Source: Octopus sinensis
Taxonomy: Eukaryota
Direction of reading: 5' to 3'
NCBI RefSeq assembly: GCF_006345805.1
Contig: NC_043007.1
Span: forward strand, 7,688,001 to 7,752,000
Length of the DNA stretch: 64,000 nucleotides
Shown here: positions 51,948 through 64,000 of the stretch, piece after piece
Layout of the letters: each line of letters opens with the position of its first letter
Numbering within the stretch: the first letter of the stretch is position 1
Translations under genes and position numbers: made by a program
The notes under the pieces: generated by a model
What the model was told of the DNA's origin: nothing
The model's database searches: none
Seen by the model: the letters and a program-made list of their open reading frames with translations, nothing else

Positions 51948-52486
51948 ATGTCTCTTTGTACGCACTATAAAATACTTAATGCACCTCATCAATTTCTTAC
52001 ATAATTGTTGACTTGTGCAATTACCAGATCGAAATCTTGATTTTTCTCCTCCGCCCCCTTTTCCCCCCTCTCTCTCTCGCTCTCTCTCTCTCCACCCCCC
52101 CTCTCTCTCTCTCGCTCTCTTTCTCTCGTGGGTATAGACTTCTGCAGACTTATCTGTGTATCACGCCTAGAATGAGACAACATTAATAATTTGTGATGTT
52201 TTCACGATAAAGAAAAATCTTGATTGGAACTTTATAAAGTTTTTAACAGAGAAAATATATCATGCTTCAAGAAATATTTACTTTTGTATTTTATAACATC
52301 CGTATAATTTATCAACGTCTCATCTTTTTCAAACTTTGCCGATTCTATATTGAATTCTGCTCTTATCTCTTGTTGTTGCTATGGTGGTTGTAGTGGTGGT
52401 TGATGACTGACAAGAAAAGCTTCTGAACTTGGTTCATTTTGAAAAGATCAAACTGATATGTATGTGTGCGTACGTACATGTGTATA

Positions 52487-52526
<40 letters not shown>

Positions 52527-53040
52527 ATACACTGTAATTTAACATTATACGTCTATAAAAATACTCCTTTAGTCGAAATATCGCACCTACAAGCGTTTAA
52601 CAAAATACTTTGTATATATGATATAGATAACGTTTATATAATTAAATCACCTTCTAATACAAACTTTGAACTTCATTCTACTTGATCGGCGCTTTTACAC
52701 ATCAGTAAATAGATTTTACATTATTTCTTTCCACTTCTGCCTTTCTTCTGCTCACTGATGAACAGCAAAAACTGCAAAGTGTCGATATTTGTTGTTTTTG
52801 TGCACTCTAGAGGTGATTGAGCTTCGCCTAGCTTTGAAGAGACCTGTCTTAGACGAAATACCGCAGCTAGAAGCATATGTCAACACATATACTTTGAGTA
52901 AGTCATATTGACATGCATACACACAAAGGTATATGTATGTGAGCGTGTGTGTGAATGTGAGCATGGATTTATGCGCATATATATATATATATATATATAT
53001 ACGAAAGAAGGTTTGAAAATGCAATTTAAAAGATGTTTAT

Positions 53041-53086
53041 TTACTTAACCGGTTTCACTCTTTGGAAAAAAGATTGTCAAAAGTAA
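53041..53086 (-). ncRNA. Degenerate hammerhead relic
   Basis: uuacuu-UUGACAA-ucuuu..aaaga-gu-GAA-ACCGGU-U^aaguaa. 6-bp stem I retained; core has two changes. Confidence 0.55.
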
Positions 53087-53088
53087 CA

Positions 53089-53490
53089 TAGAATATTATG
53101 AATTCAAAAAAGTTTTTTACATAATTGCCACATTGAATATTATGAATTCAAAAAAGTTTTTTTTACATAATTGCCACATTACATGTATATATATAGTCTT
53201 TGGTAACAGGGACATGTTAAGGGCATAAATAAGTTCAACAGTGTGATGAGAATATTTGAAAAAATGGGCAGAAAATAATAAAACAAATATATTATTGGAA
53301 GTTTGGTTGCGTTAATTATTGGTTGTTGCAAATTGTCACATTACATGTATATATACAGTCTTTGGTAAAAAGGACATAGTACAACAGTATGGTGAGAATA
53401 TTTGAAAAATTGGCAGAAAAAATTAGCAGAAAAAATTAAAATGAATATATTATACATCTCAGGGTCAGTACAGAATATTATGAATTCAAC
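53089..53490. repeat. Local minisatellite-like duplications (about 43 bp x2; about 160 bp x2)
   Basis: gaatattatgaattcaa x3; cacattacatgtatatata.agtctttggtaa x2. Confidence 0.8.
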
Positions 53491-54592
53491 GCGAGTTTGT
53501 TTACTGACCTGTCCGTTTTAGCAGAAATGTTGAATTGAGAAAAATGTACCCGTTTTTTTCTGTTTATGGTTTTCCTTCAAGCATCAATGATTTTGGGGTT
53601 AGCATGAGGTGAGTATGTGTGTCTCTCTGCGTGTGTGTGAGTAGATGTGTCTGTGTGCCTGTAGTATTTGGTCAGATGGCGTCTGTTTGTCAAGTGTGTG
53701 TGGTTGTCATGGTGTTGTGTGTGCGTGTGTGTGCGCGTGTGTGCGTGCGTGTGTACGCATGCATGAGTTTGGATGGCATTTGACATGGTGCTGCGTGTGT
53801 ATATATGTGCCTGTATGGAGGTGAGGCTAGTGTGAGTGTGCGTGCCCCTGTGTGCGTGCACACACACGTATACAAGCGTCTGCGTGTGTGTGGGGGCTGT
53901 TTTTGAATGGTTTCAGGGTGGCGAAACTAGATGTGTGTTGTTTAAAGAATTTTTTGGGGTAGGATGGTGTGTGTATATATGCGTGTCCGCCCGTGCGCGC
54001 GCGCGCCTACGAGTGTGTGCGGGCCATACATACATACTACACACACATACACACACACACACATACACACATCTCACACACACCACACACTCACACACAC
54101 ATATCTGACCCCCACCCCCACACACACATACACACACACATAATATACAAACACACAACACACACACACACAACACACAAATATAACATGTATTTATATA
54201 TAAAAATGCTGTTGCCGCATTATGTCGTACGCGAATGAGAGGATTTGCATCCCCCACATAGAATTTTTGATGTAATACATGTCCTTGAGGTAGTAGTTGT
54301 GCGCGGCTGAAGAAGGCCATAGACACACATTATGCATTGTTATAAATCCGTCTAATAAAGGCCCGAAACATATGTACCGCTGAATCCTTGGCATCATGTT
54401 TTTATTTTGATTAATTTATATATATATATATATATATATATAGGTGGGCCGTAGTTAGACTCTCGGTTTGATAATATATGAGGATTCTACATATATTTTT
54501 ACTTCTAATTTTATTCTCTTATTTCCCTTTATACTCCCTATATCCATCCTTTTCCAAAATAACTCCTTCTACTGAACTCTACTATTTCCCTC

Positions 54593-54647
54593 TAGTTAAC
54601 TCTGATGAAGGGATATCTGTAATATCCCAGAAACAGCTGTAAGACTA
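54593..54647 (+). ncRNA. Type I hammerhead ribozyme in a short PLE-type element (about 54443-54715)
   Basis: uagu-[uaa bulge]-cu-CUGAUGA-a-gggauau/auauccc-a-GAAAC-AGCU-GUA^ag-acua; helix III ACAGCUGU. Confidence 0.85.
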
Positions 54648-54730
54648 CTTTTCTCTTTATAAATGTCCTTTAATTCTACACAGCCTTGGATTTGCTGTCT
54701 CATTTTATTTCACATATATAAATATATATA

Positions 54731-55142
54731 CTCTTTTACTCTTTTACTTGTTTCAGTCATTTGACTGCGGCCATGCTGGAGCACCGCCTTTAGTCGAGCA
54801 AATCGACCCCGGGACTTATTCTTTGTAAGCCCAGTACTTATTCTATCGGTCTCTTTTGCCGATCCGCTAAGTGACGGAGACGTAAACACACCAGCATTGG
54901 TTGTGAAGCAATGCTAGGGGGACAAACATAGATAAACAAACACACACACACACACACATATATATATGTACATATATACGACAGGCTTCTTTCAGTTTCC
55001 GTCTACCAAATCCACTCACAAGGCATTGGTCGGCCCGAGGCTATAGCAGAAGACACTCGCCCAAGATGCCACGCAGTGGAACTGAACCCGGAACCATGTG
55101 GTTGGTTAGAAAGCTACTTACCACACAGCCACTCCTGCGCCT
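54731..55142 (-). mobile_element. Full-length tRNA-derived SINE with central microsatellite
   Basis: Head ggcgcaggagtggctgtgtgg..gggttcagttcc, central (TA/GT)n, tail ..actgaaacaagtaaaagagtaaaagag. Confidence 0.9.
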
Positions 55143-55209
55143 ATATATATATTTTATTTACATATACACATATATTTATTGTTTTCTTTGATTCCACACA
55201 CACATATGA

Positions 55210-55257
<48 letters not shown>

Positions 55258-55803
55258 CTGGAGCATTACCAACTTTTAAATTTTATCATTCATAATCAAA
55301 ATATTAGGCGGTGTGCCAGTATATCTCCATTCATTTATCTACAGCAAAATATTCTGTTTGGAAATTTGATTGAATCAATTGGGATGAATGTAAGTATAGG
55401 TAATTCTTTATATTTTGATGTGTGTGTGTATAAACGCACATATATTACCAAATCTGTGTGTATAAATTTATTTTTTTATTGTTAGTAAGGAAGATATCTT
55501 CAGGGGTTTATTTTTATCCGTTTCTAAAATACAAATCTAACCATGTAAACACATCCAACTCAATATGATTATAAACTATTGATAATTCAAGCCTCTGCAG
55601 CAAATGAATTCATATAAACTATTCATGAGCTGAGTTCGAGAACCCATGAATAAGCTGCTGCATATAATATTGCATAATACATCAATAACCGGGAGATCGA
55701 ATTTCAATGACATAACTGCAAATTAATGCAGCGAAAGGACTTGCTGACTTGACTCTCTTTGCTTGTAATTGTAAAAATCATATGTATACTTGTTGTTTGT
55801 CAG

Positions 55804-55889
55804 GCCTGTATTTAATAAAACAATCAAAAGAGACTCCAGATTACCGCCTGTCTGATAGCCTGTACTTGTGGATGAGCTTCATAGGATAA
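55804..55889 (+). CDS. Candidate terminal exon (phase 1): LYLIKQSKETPDYRLSDSLYLWMSFIG*; the same frame stays open to TGA 56007-56009
   Basis: Acceptor ttgttgtttgtcag; another short frame (PVFNKTIKRDSRLPPV*) is also possible. Confidence 0.3.
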
Positions 55890-56029
55890 ATTTCAGGGCT
55901 AACACACAAGACTGACCCAAGACTGCATCCCGTGTTTGATTCCTCTGAGATTTTAGCCATTAAGATACTTAACGCCTTAAAAGAACTGCACGGCCATCTT
56001 ACACACTGAATTATCCTTTTAAACATGTC

Positions 56030-56388
56030 TCTTCTTTCTTTTGTTTGCTTCAGTCATTAGACTGTGGCCATGCTGAGGCACTGACATGAACTATTGTAGT
56101 CGAACGAATCGATCCTAGGACTTACTTTTGAAGCCTAGTATTTATTCTAACGGACGTTTTTGCCGAACCACTAAGTTACTGGGATGCAAACACACCAACA
56201 CGGGTTCTCAAGAAAGACACATGCAAACATATACATACATATGACGGGCTTCTTTCAGTTTCCGTCTACCACATCCACTGACAAGGCATTGGTTGGCCCA
56301 AGGCTATAATAGAAGACACTTACCCAAGATGCCACGCAGGGGACTGAACCCGAAACTATATGGTTGGGAAGCAAGCTTCTTACCACAT
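56030..56388 (-). mobile_element. SINE (same family as 54731-55142)
   Basis: Collinear match. Confidence 0.8.
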
Positions 56389-57407
56389 AGACATAGAAAA
56401 AATATTTTTCGTTTCTTTCTTTCAGAAATGTCTAATTTCCAAGAATTAACATAATGTATCTTTTCTCACGGGCAAATTTACAAAGCAACATAAATCTGAT
56501 CTGTTTGTTTCGAGCCGCATCTCGGTCGAATAATTAAATTCCATCCATTAATTATTCGTGTTTACTGTCTGTTCTCTGAAGAAACAACAGCAAAACTGCA
56601 ACGATTAAGATGGCGACTACAGCATCGTCATCAACAACAACATTAACAAGAAAAACATCAGCAAATACGACGACAACGACAAGTTTTGTTTTGTTTTGTG
56701 TTTTTTTTTCTTATCAGAGATCTGAAAAATGAGAAACGTATTTCTGTTTTGTTGATCTAAAAAAACAAAAATTTCTTGAGGTTTATTGATCCAAATAATA
56801 TTTGATCTAAACTGTCCGACCAGCCCTATCTTATCGAATTCTCCTATCCGAGCTAAATATATTTCTATCACCTGTGCATCACACCAAAACGCTTTATCTA
56901 CTTTCTAATTGATTTCCATAATATTTTCCTTTGTATTCCTGTTTTTTCTTTTTATTTCTGAAACATTTTCTGCCTTCATCCTGCATTCCTTCAAAGATGC
57001 ATGTCATCACCTTATCTGTTCTATCCAGTTATGTGAGAATCGTTGTATCGCAATACACAAACAACCAGGAAGCCAAGTCACTATTGTACACACTTGTGTG
57101 AGTGTGTGTGTGTGTGTGTGTCTGTGTGTGTCTGTGTGTGTGTGTGCTTCATTGCTGTTTATGTACATGTATGAGTATGTAAGCGAGTACGTATATGTAT
57201 ACATGTGTGCGTGAGTGACATAACCACATGTGATTGTGCCATTATGCTCAATCTAGAAACCTCGAACTGACAAACTCTGGAATGATTTGCAGATATGCAT
57301 TGTGCTTCTAATCTATGCTGTTTAGAGGATACGATCTGCTTGCATTGTTCTACCTTGAAGAATCTCTGCCTTTCTATGGATATATATATGCATAGAAATG
57401 TATGTAC

Positions 57408-57474
<67 letters not shown>

Positions 57475-58155
57475 AACCTATGTAGGTATGTATGTAGATA
57501 TGTATGTATGCAGGTAAGTTTGTATGTATGAATGTATACATACGTGTATGTATGTTAGTATATACATATGTCTGCATGTGTATATGTTTGTATTCATGTC
57601 TATACGTATGTATGCAGATACGTATGCCTATTTGCAAGTATGTGTATCGATAGTTAGGTATGTAGTGTGCATGTTGTTGCTTGCATATACATCTAAGTAT
57701 GAATGTTTGCATGCACCTATTTGTGTAAGCACGTATGTATACATACATGTATGCATACACATATACATTTATGCATTTATATACATGTTTATTCACATGT
57801 GTATGCCTAAACGTACACCCGTATACATAATAGCAGCTATACGTGATTTATTTACCATTGCTATATAAAGGACTCTAAAAGCCGAAATACAAATAATGCA
57901 TACGTTGTGTGGATAAGGTTGTAAATAAGATCGCATATGTCAAGTTTATATCACAAATTTTCGCCTCTAACTCTTACTCTTTTACTCGTTTCGGCCATGC
58001 GGCCATGGTCATGCTGGAGCACCACTTGTGTAAATATTTTCAAATTATATCCAACGGAGGCGCAATGGCCCATTGGAAATGGCAGCAGACTCGCGACCGT
58101 ATGATCGCGGTTTCGATTCCCAGACCGGGCGTTGTGAGTGTTTATTGAACGAAAA

Positions 58156-58458
58156 CACCTAAAGCTCCACGAGGCTCCGGCAGGGCTGGTGGTGATCCCT
58201 GCTGTACTCTTTTTTAACGGCGATCCATCAGCATGGCCGCAGCTCTGAGCTGAAACTAGAGGGGAAAAAAACGTGTGGCACGAAGGAAAAATAAGGCATT
58301 TTTAGGTTATTTATATTCAGATTTCTTTTAAAGAATATACACGTTTTTTTCCCTCTAGTTTCAGCTCAGAGCTGCGGCCATGCTGATGGACCGCCGTTAA
58401 AAAAGAGTACAGCAGGGATCACCACCAGCCCTGCCGGAGCCTCGTGGAGCTTTAGGTG
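58156..58458. repeat. Inverted duplication with ~121-bp arms and a 62-bp spacer, spanning a junction of two SINE fragments
   Basis: 58156-58276 vs 58339-58458, one substitution and one 1-bp indel; the left arm overlaps SINE 58056-58210. Confidence 0.9.
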
Positions 58459-58790
58459 AAGGCGCATGGCTCAGTGGTTAGAGCGTCGAGCTTACGATCG
58501 TGAGTTTGTGAGCTCGAATCCCGGACCGGGCTGCGTGTTGTGTTCTTGAGCAAAGCACTTTATTTCACGTTGCTCCAGTTCATTCATCTGTAGAAATGAG
58601 TTGCGACGTCACTGGTGCCAAGCTGTATCGACCTTTGTCTTTCCATTGGATAACATCGGTGACGTGGAGAGGGAAGGCTGGTATGCATGGGCGACTGCTG
58701 GTCTTCCATAAACAACCTTGCCCGGACTTGTGTCTAGGAGGGTAACTTTCTAGGTGAAATCCCATGGTCATTCATGACCGAAGGGGGTAT
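58459..58790 (+). mobile_element. tRNA-derived SINE, full length
   Basis: ggcgcatggctcagtggttagagcg box A, gctcgaatccc box B. Confidence 0.85.
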
Positions 58791-58794
58791 TTAC

Positions 58795-58825
<31 letters not shown>

Positions 58826-58828
<3 letters not shown>

Positions 58829-58960
58829 AAATAAGCAACAGTATATCAAGAGCTGATGCAGTACGACCATTTCAAGCGGCTCCATTTAATTGAACATTGC
58901 AATCATTACATTAATTTAAATGCAGGGCTATCAACAGCTGCATAAATATATAGAATTTTT
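58826..58960 (-). mobile_element. Third copy of the tcaaaataag element, hammerhead degenerate (58857-58942)
   Basis: ugcag-CUGUUGA..GAAAU-GGUC-GUA^cugca; abuts (TA)n. Confidence 0.7.
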
Positions 58961-59743
58961 AATCAGTTGGACCCTCTATTGTGTAAAAACATACAGTATA
59001 CATCATGGGAGACAAAAATTTCCGTTGATTCCTTAAACAATTAGCAATTAGCTAAATCATGGTACGCATTACCTAGCCATACCCAATCACGGATAATGGC
59101 TAGCTCTAAGAGTATCTAAAAATTTATATATTTAGTGTCAGACTAAGCATCCTGTCTAATTTTGAATGCTTTTGTATTTAACGAGTCTCAATACATAGAT
59201 ACAAATCAATTGTTGAAGTTTTCGGGAAAATAATTTGACGTGTCAGAAAATTTTATTTGCTAGACACATCGCAAGTAATTTTCAGCTAATGTTTATACAC
59301 AGAACTTCACATTTGAATATTTGATAGGAACAAAGCACAAAGAAAGATAAGAATATTCTAATATTTTGATAAGAACGGTTAACATTTTCTATTTTGATTT
59401 ATGTTTTTAACACGCAAAAAGATTTATGGAAGTGTAATCCCGTAAAATATTCATAATTTTTGTGTATACGAAATGTTTTGTGTGTATATACACATACATA
59501 TATACACACACATGCATGCACACACACGCACACACCTATTGTTTTAATTGTTTCAGTCATTTGACTGTGGCCATGCTGGAACACCGCCTTTTAATATATA
59601 TATAATGCATTCACTAGTTATGCACAATGTGTGTGTGTGTGTGTATATATATATACACACATAATATCTGATTATAGTATACATAATATCTGATTATAGT
59701 ATACACTGAATATCACCTCATGCGATGAAAGTAAAGTTTTCAG

Positions 59744-59789
<46 letters not shown>

Positions 59790-61829
59790 TATGTCAAGCT
59801 GGCAGAATCGTTGCCACACCGGACAAAATGCTTCGCGGAATTCCGTCCGTCCTTACGGTCTCAGTTCAAATGTTTGCTCAACAACACTCAACAGCCGCAG
59901 CCATCTTTTAATGTCACTGACCAAACGAAAAACCGAAAGAGAACGACCAACAGCAGGTGACGACTACAGGGAAGAGCTGTATGTATTCATCAGTGCAACA
60001 TTCTACCCAAAACACATGGGAATAATAAATGGAGAAGTGATAACGATGGAAGGAAAAACAAAAATAGACTTGCCAAAGTCCTGCGATATTATGCATCGAC
60101 ATAATACAAAGATCCCATGGATCATCGTATTATCATTCAACATTTTATTCAACATTTTCCCGCCTCATATTTGCACACTTATTGCAGCGGTGCTTCTGTT
60201 TTTTCTAATCCCTGTAAAAGAACGCGGAAGGCGAGGCCCCCAACCAGGCCTTTTATGATACCCTTAAAGCCAGGAACTTTTCAGCACCTACTCGTATAGG
60301 TATCTGGAAGTAAATCAATTCCATTAATTAGAGAGAGGGAAAGATAAAAGACGAATTTGAGCATTTACTTGATTTAAAGTCAGAATGCAATGGCCGAAAG
60401 CAAATAGTAAAAGGTATTTTGTTTCACGTGCTTACGATTCTGCCAATATGTAGCAATTTTCCATTGAAAAAATATAAAATTTGGTTGATGTTTTGGTTTG
60501 TCTCCGCCATGGACCGCGCTACACGGAAACTATTGCTTGGAGGACCAGTAACGACTACTTTAACATGGTTCTGGTTCTTTTTGTTTTCTTTTTCGACGGT
60601 TTAGCGTCATAGACTCGGTCAGCCGCATCATTGAAGATTTTCGCCAAAGGAAGAAGACTACAGACTGAGCAAATGGAAACTCGAGGCTATCAAATTGTCT
60701 TATGCGAGACGAATTGCAGTTATAAAAGTTTCCCTGTTTGTAAATGTGCCAATTGGCCAGCTTGGTTTATTGGAGAGGTTGCTTATATCCAGGAAGCATT
60801 AAACGAGCTAGACGCTTTTATTCTGAGATAATACATTAATTTCACATCAGTATGTGTGTGTGTGTATGTGTGTTTTTGTGTGTGTGCGTGTATATATATG
60901 TGTGTGTGTGTGTGTTTGTGTGTGTGTGCATATATACAAATATATTTACACACATTTATGTATACATACATGCAAGCTTCTATATACATACATCAATACA
61001 CATATGCATGTATACAGAGATATATATGTGTGTGTGTGTATACATATAATAACACACATACACACATATATAATATATTATGATAGAGATATACTGATAT
61101 ATGAATGACTGTTACTTCAAATAGGCGTTGCCTCCTCTCTGAAGATGTTGCATTCTTCGTAATTGAAGTTTGAATAAGAATATAAGTTTGTTAAACGAGC
61201 TGCAGCAATGCCTGACTCTCGTGAAAAAAGAAAAAGTGTTTTACCCTCTTAGCATCGTTACTCCGTATTGTTTCATGTGTTTACGAATATAGTTCAATGG
61301 TATGTTGCTTTCCATCAGGAATATCTGGTGGAAACTGTCGGAAAATGACTCCCCCCCCTTCGCTGTTATCTTAGAGTTATCGTCTCGAAGCGGTTCGGCT
61401 TCATTCCCTCGTTTCCTTTTAGCGTTAATTACGCTCTTAGAAAGTTAATGTTGCCAAGACGAGCATTATATATATGTATATATATACTTTGTATGCTGAC
61501 CCTGTGAATAAATATCGGAACTTCGTTACTACTGAAATAAATGGACGCTGTTAAAAGACAGTTGAATCTGTTCGAGGGAAATTCATCATCCTTAGTGGGG
61601 ACTTGTCAGAAAATAGGGGGTTGAGGACAGGATTTTTACCCACCTCGATCTCCTTACATCATTCTGAAGGGTTGTAAGAGCGACTTCATCCTTAAACCTT
61701 CGATTGGACTTATTTGTTCGTATAAGTAACAGTATTTTAAATAGAATTTTAACAATTGTTAAGAATAAAGTCCAAATTCTTCTTTGGTCTTCTTTGGGAT
61801 AATCACAAGAAAGAAGAGAATGCTTCAAA

Positions 61830-61996
61830 TACCGGTTTTGAATTTTGGCACAAGGCCAATTAGTAGTTATTTTATCAATATAAAGGGATGAAAGCCTAAG
61901 TTGACCTCAGCGGAATTTGAACTCAGGACGTAAAGACTGATGAAAAGCCGCTAAGCATTTCACCTGGCGTGCTAACGATTCTGCCAGTTCGCCGAC
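61830..61996 (-). mobile_element. SINE (ggcggcgagctggcagaa family), partial
   Basis: Matches 8780-8915. Confidence 0.75.
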
Positions 61997-62149
61997 TTAG
62001 AATACTTGTAATGTTAGAATCGGGAAACACAAATGCTTCATCGTTAGCACAAACCCTTTCAATCAGATATTAAATTTAAGAGCAGAAAATCAACGCAGGA
62101 AACCTTCTCTACTTGAAGTTACTGATTTTGTTTCTAATACTTTTCTGGT

Positions 62150-63345
<1,196 letters not shown>

Positions 63346-63366
63346 TAGGATTATATAACTATTAGT

Positions 63367-63746
63367 GGAGGCGCAATGGCCCAGTGGTTAGGGCAGCGGA
63401 CTCGCGGTCGTAGGATCGCGGTTTCGATTCCCAGACCGGGCGTTATGAGTGTTTATTGAGCGAAAACGCCGAAAGCTCAACGAGCCTCCGTCAGTGGGTA
63501 GTGGCGAACCCTGCTATACTCTTTCACCACAACTTTCTCTCACTCTTTCTTCTTGTTTCTCTTGTACCTGTATTTCAAAGGCCAGCCTTGTCACACTTTG
63601 TGTCACACTGACTCTCCTTGAGAACTTCGTTAAGGGTACGCATATCTGTGGAGTGCTCAGCCACTTGCACTTTAATTTCACGAGCAGGCTGTTCCGTTGA
63701 TCGGATCAACTGGAACCTTCGTCGTCGCAACCGACGGGGTGCCACA
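63367..63746 (+). mobile_element. tRNA-derived SINE, full length
   Basis: ggcgcaatggcccagtggttagg box A, ggtttcgattccc box B. Confidence 0.85.
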
Positions 63747-64000
63747 AAAAATATAATTATTTATTTGTTCGATAATTTATAGAATTGTAATTATGTAGTC
63801 ACTCCTTAGACTTTCCTAAGTTGACCGTCTGTTTGCTCTATTTTTATTTGCACCCTTTTCTTAATGTTTTCCCGAATCATTCACGCCTTGCATGCATGGA
63901 TGATCTTTAAACAGTTTGATAGCTAAGCCTTTTGGCAGTCTTTCGCTCAGCAGGTGATCTATTAGATTTTCTTTAATTTATTTTTGTTAATACTTCTACC

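Noticed and set aside
52752-52790. CTGATGA-acag..ctg-CAAA
   Set aside because: G12 missing and no stem I; at most a relic. Similar rejections at 8426-8432, 14252-14258 and 20967-20973.

Overview
AT-rich, repeat-dominated animal genomic DNA. The SINE families and microsatellite load look like a coleoid cephalopod, most likely Octopus (inference, no search run). Nearly all listed ORFs are microsatellite artefacts. The window contains: many tRNA-derived SINEs; LINE fragments (CR1/L2-like, RTE-like, L1/Tx1-like, and a cluster of five R4/Dong restriction-endonuclease LINE pieces in (TAA)n arrays); decayed Tc1, maT-like and mariner transposons; Helitron-type and fold-back MITEs; two Penelope-like (PLE) GIY-YIG relics; and a few small candidate exons of an unidentified + strand host gene. 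The strongest signal is about 17 type I hammerhead ribozyme (HHR) motifs, 11 with an intact catalytic core. They include a 3.3-copy tandem array of a ~560-bp unit with one HHR per full unit (47600-49472, retrozyme-like), two diverged relatives nearby, and a MITE-like element whose inverted repeats enclose an HHR. Across families the helix-III sequence varies but stays self-complementary (8 variants), as expected for dimer-dependent cleavage. A more speculative signal is a phase-compatible exon chain containing in-frame TAA/TGA codons that A-to-I editing would convert to Trp. All structures were read by eye; no folding program, alignment or database search was run.
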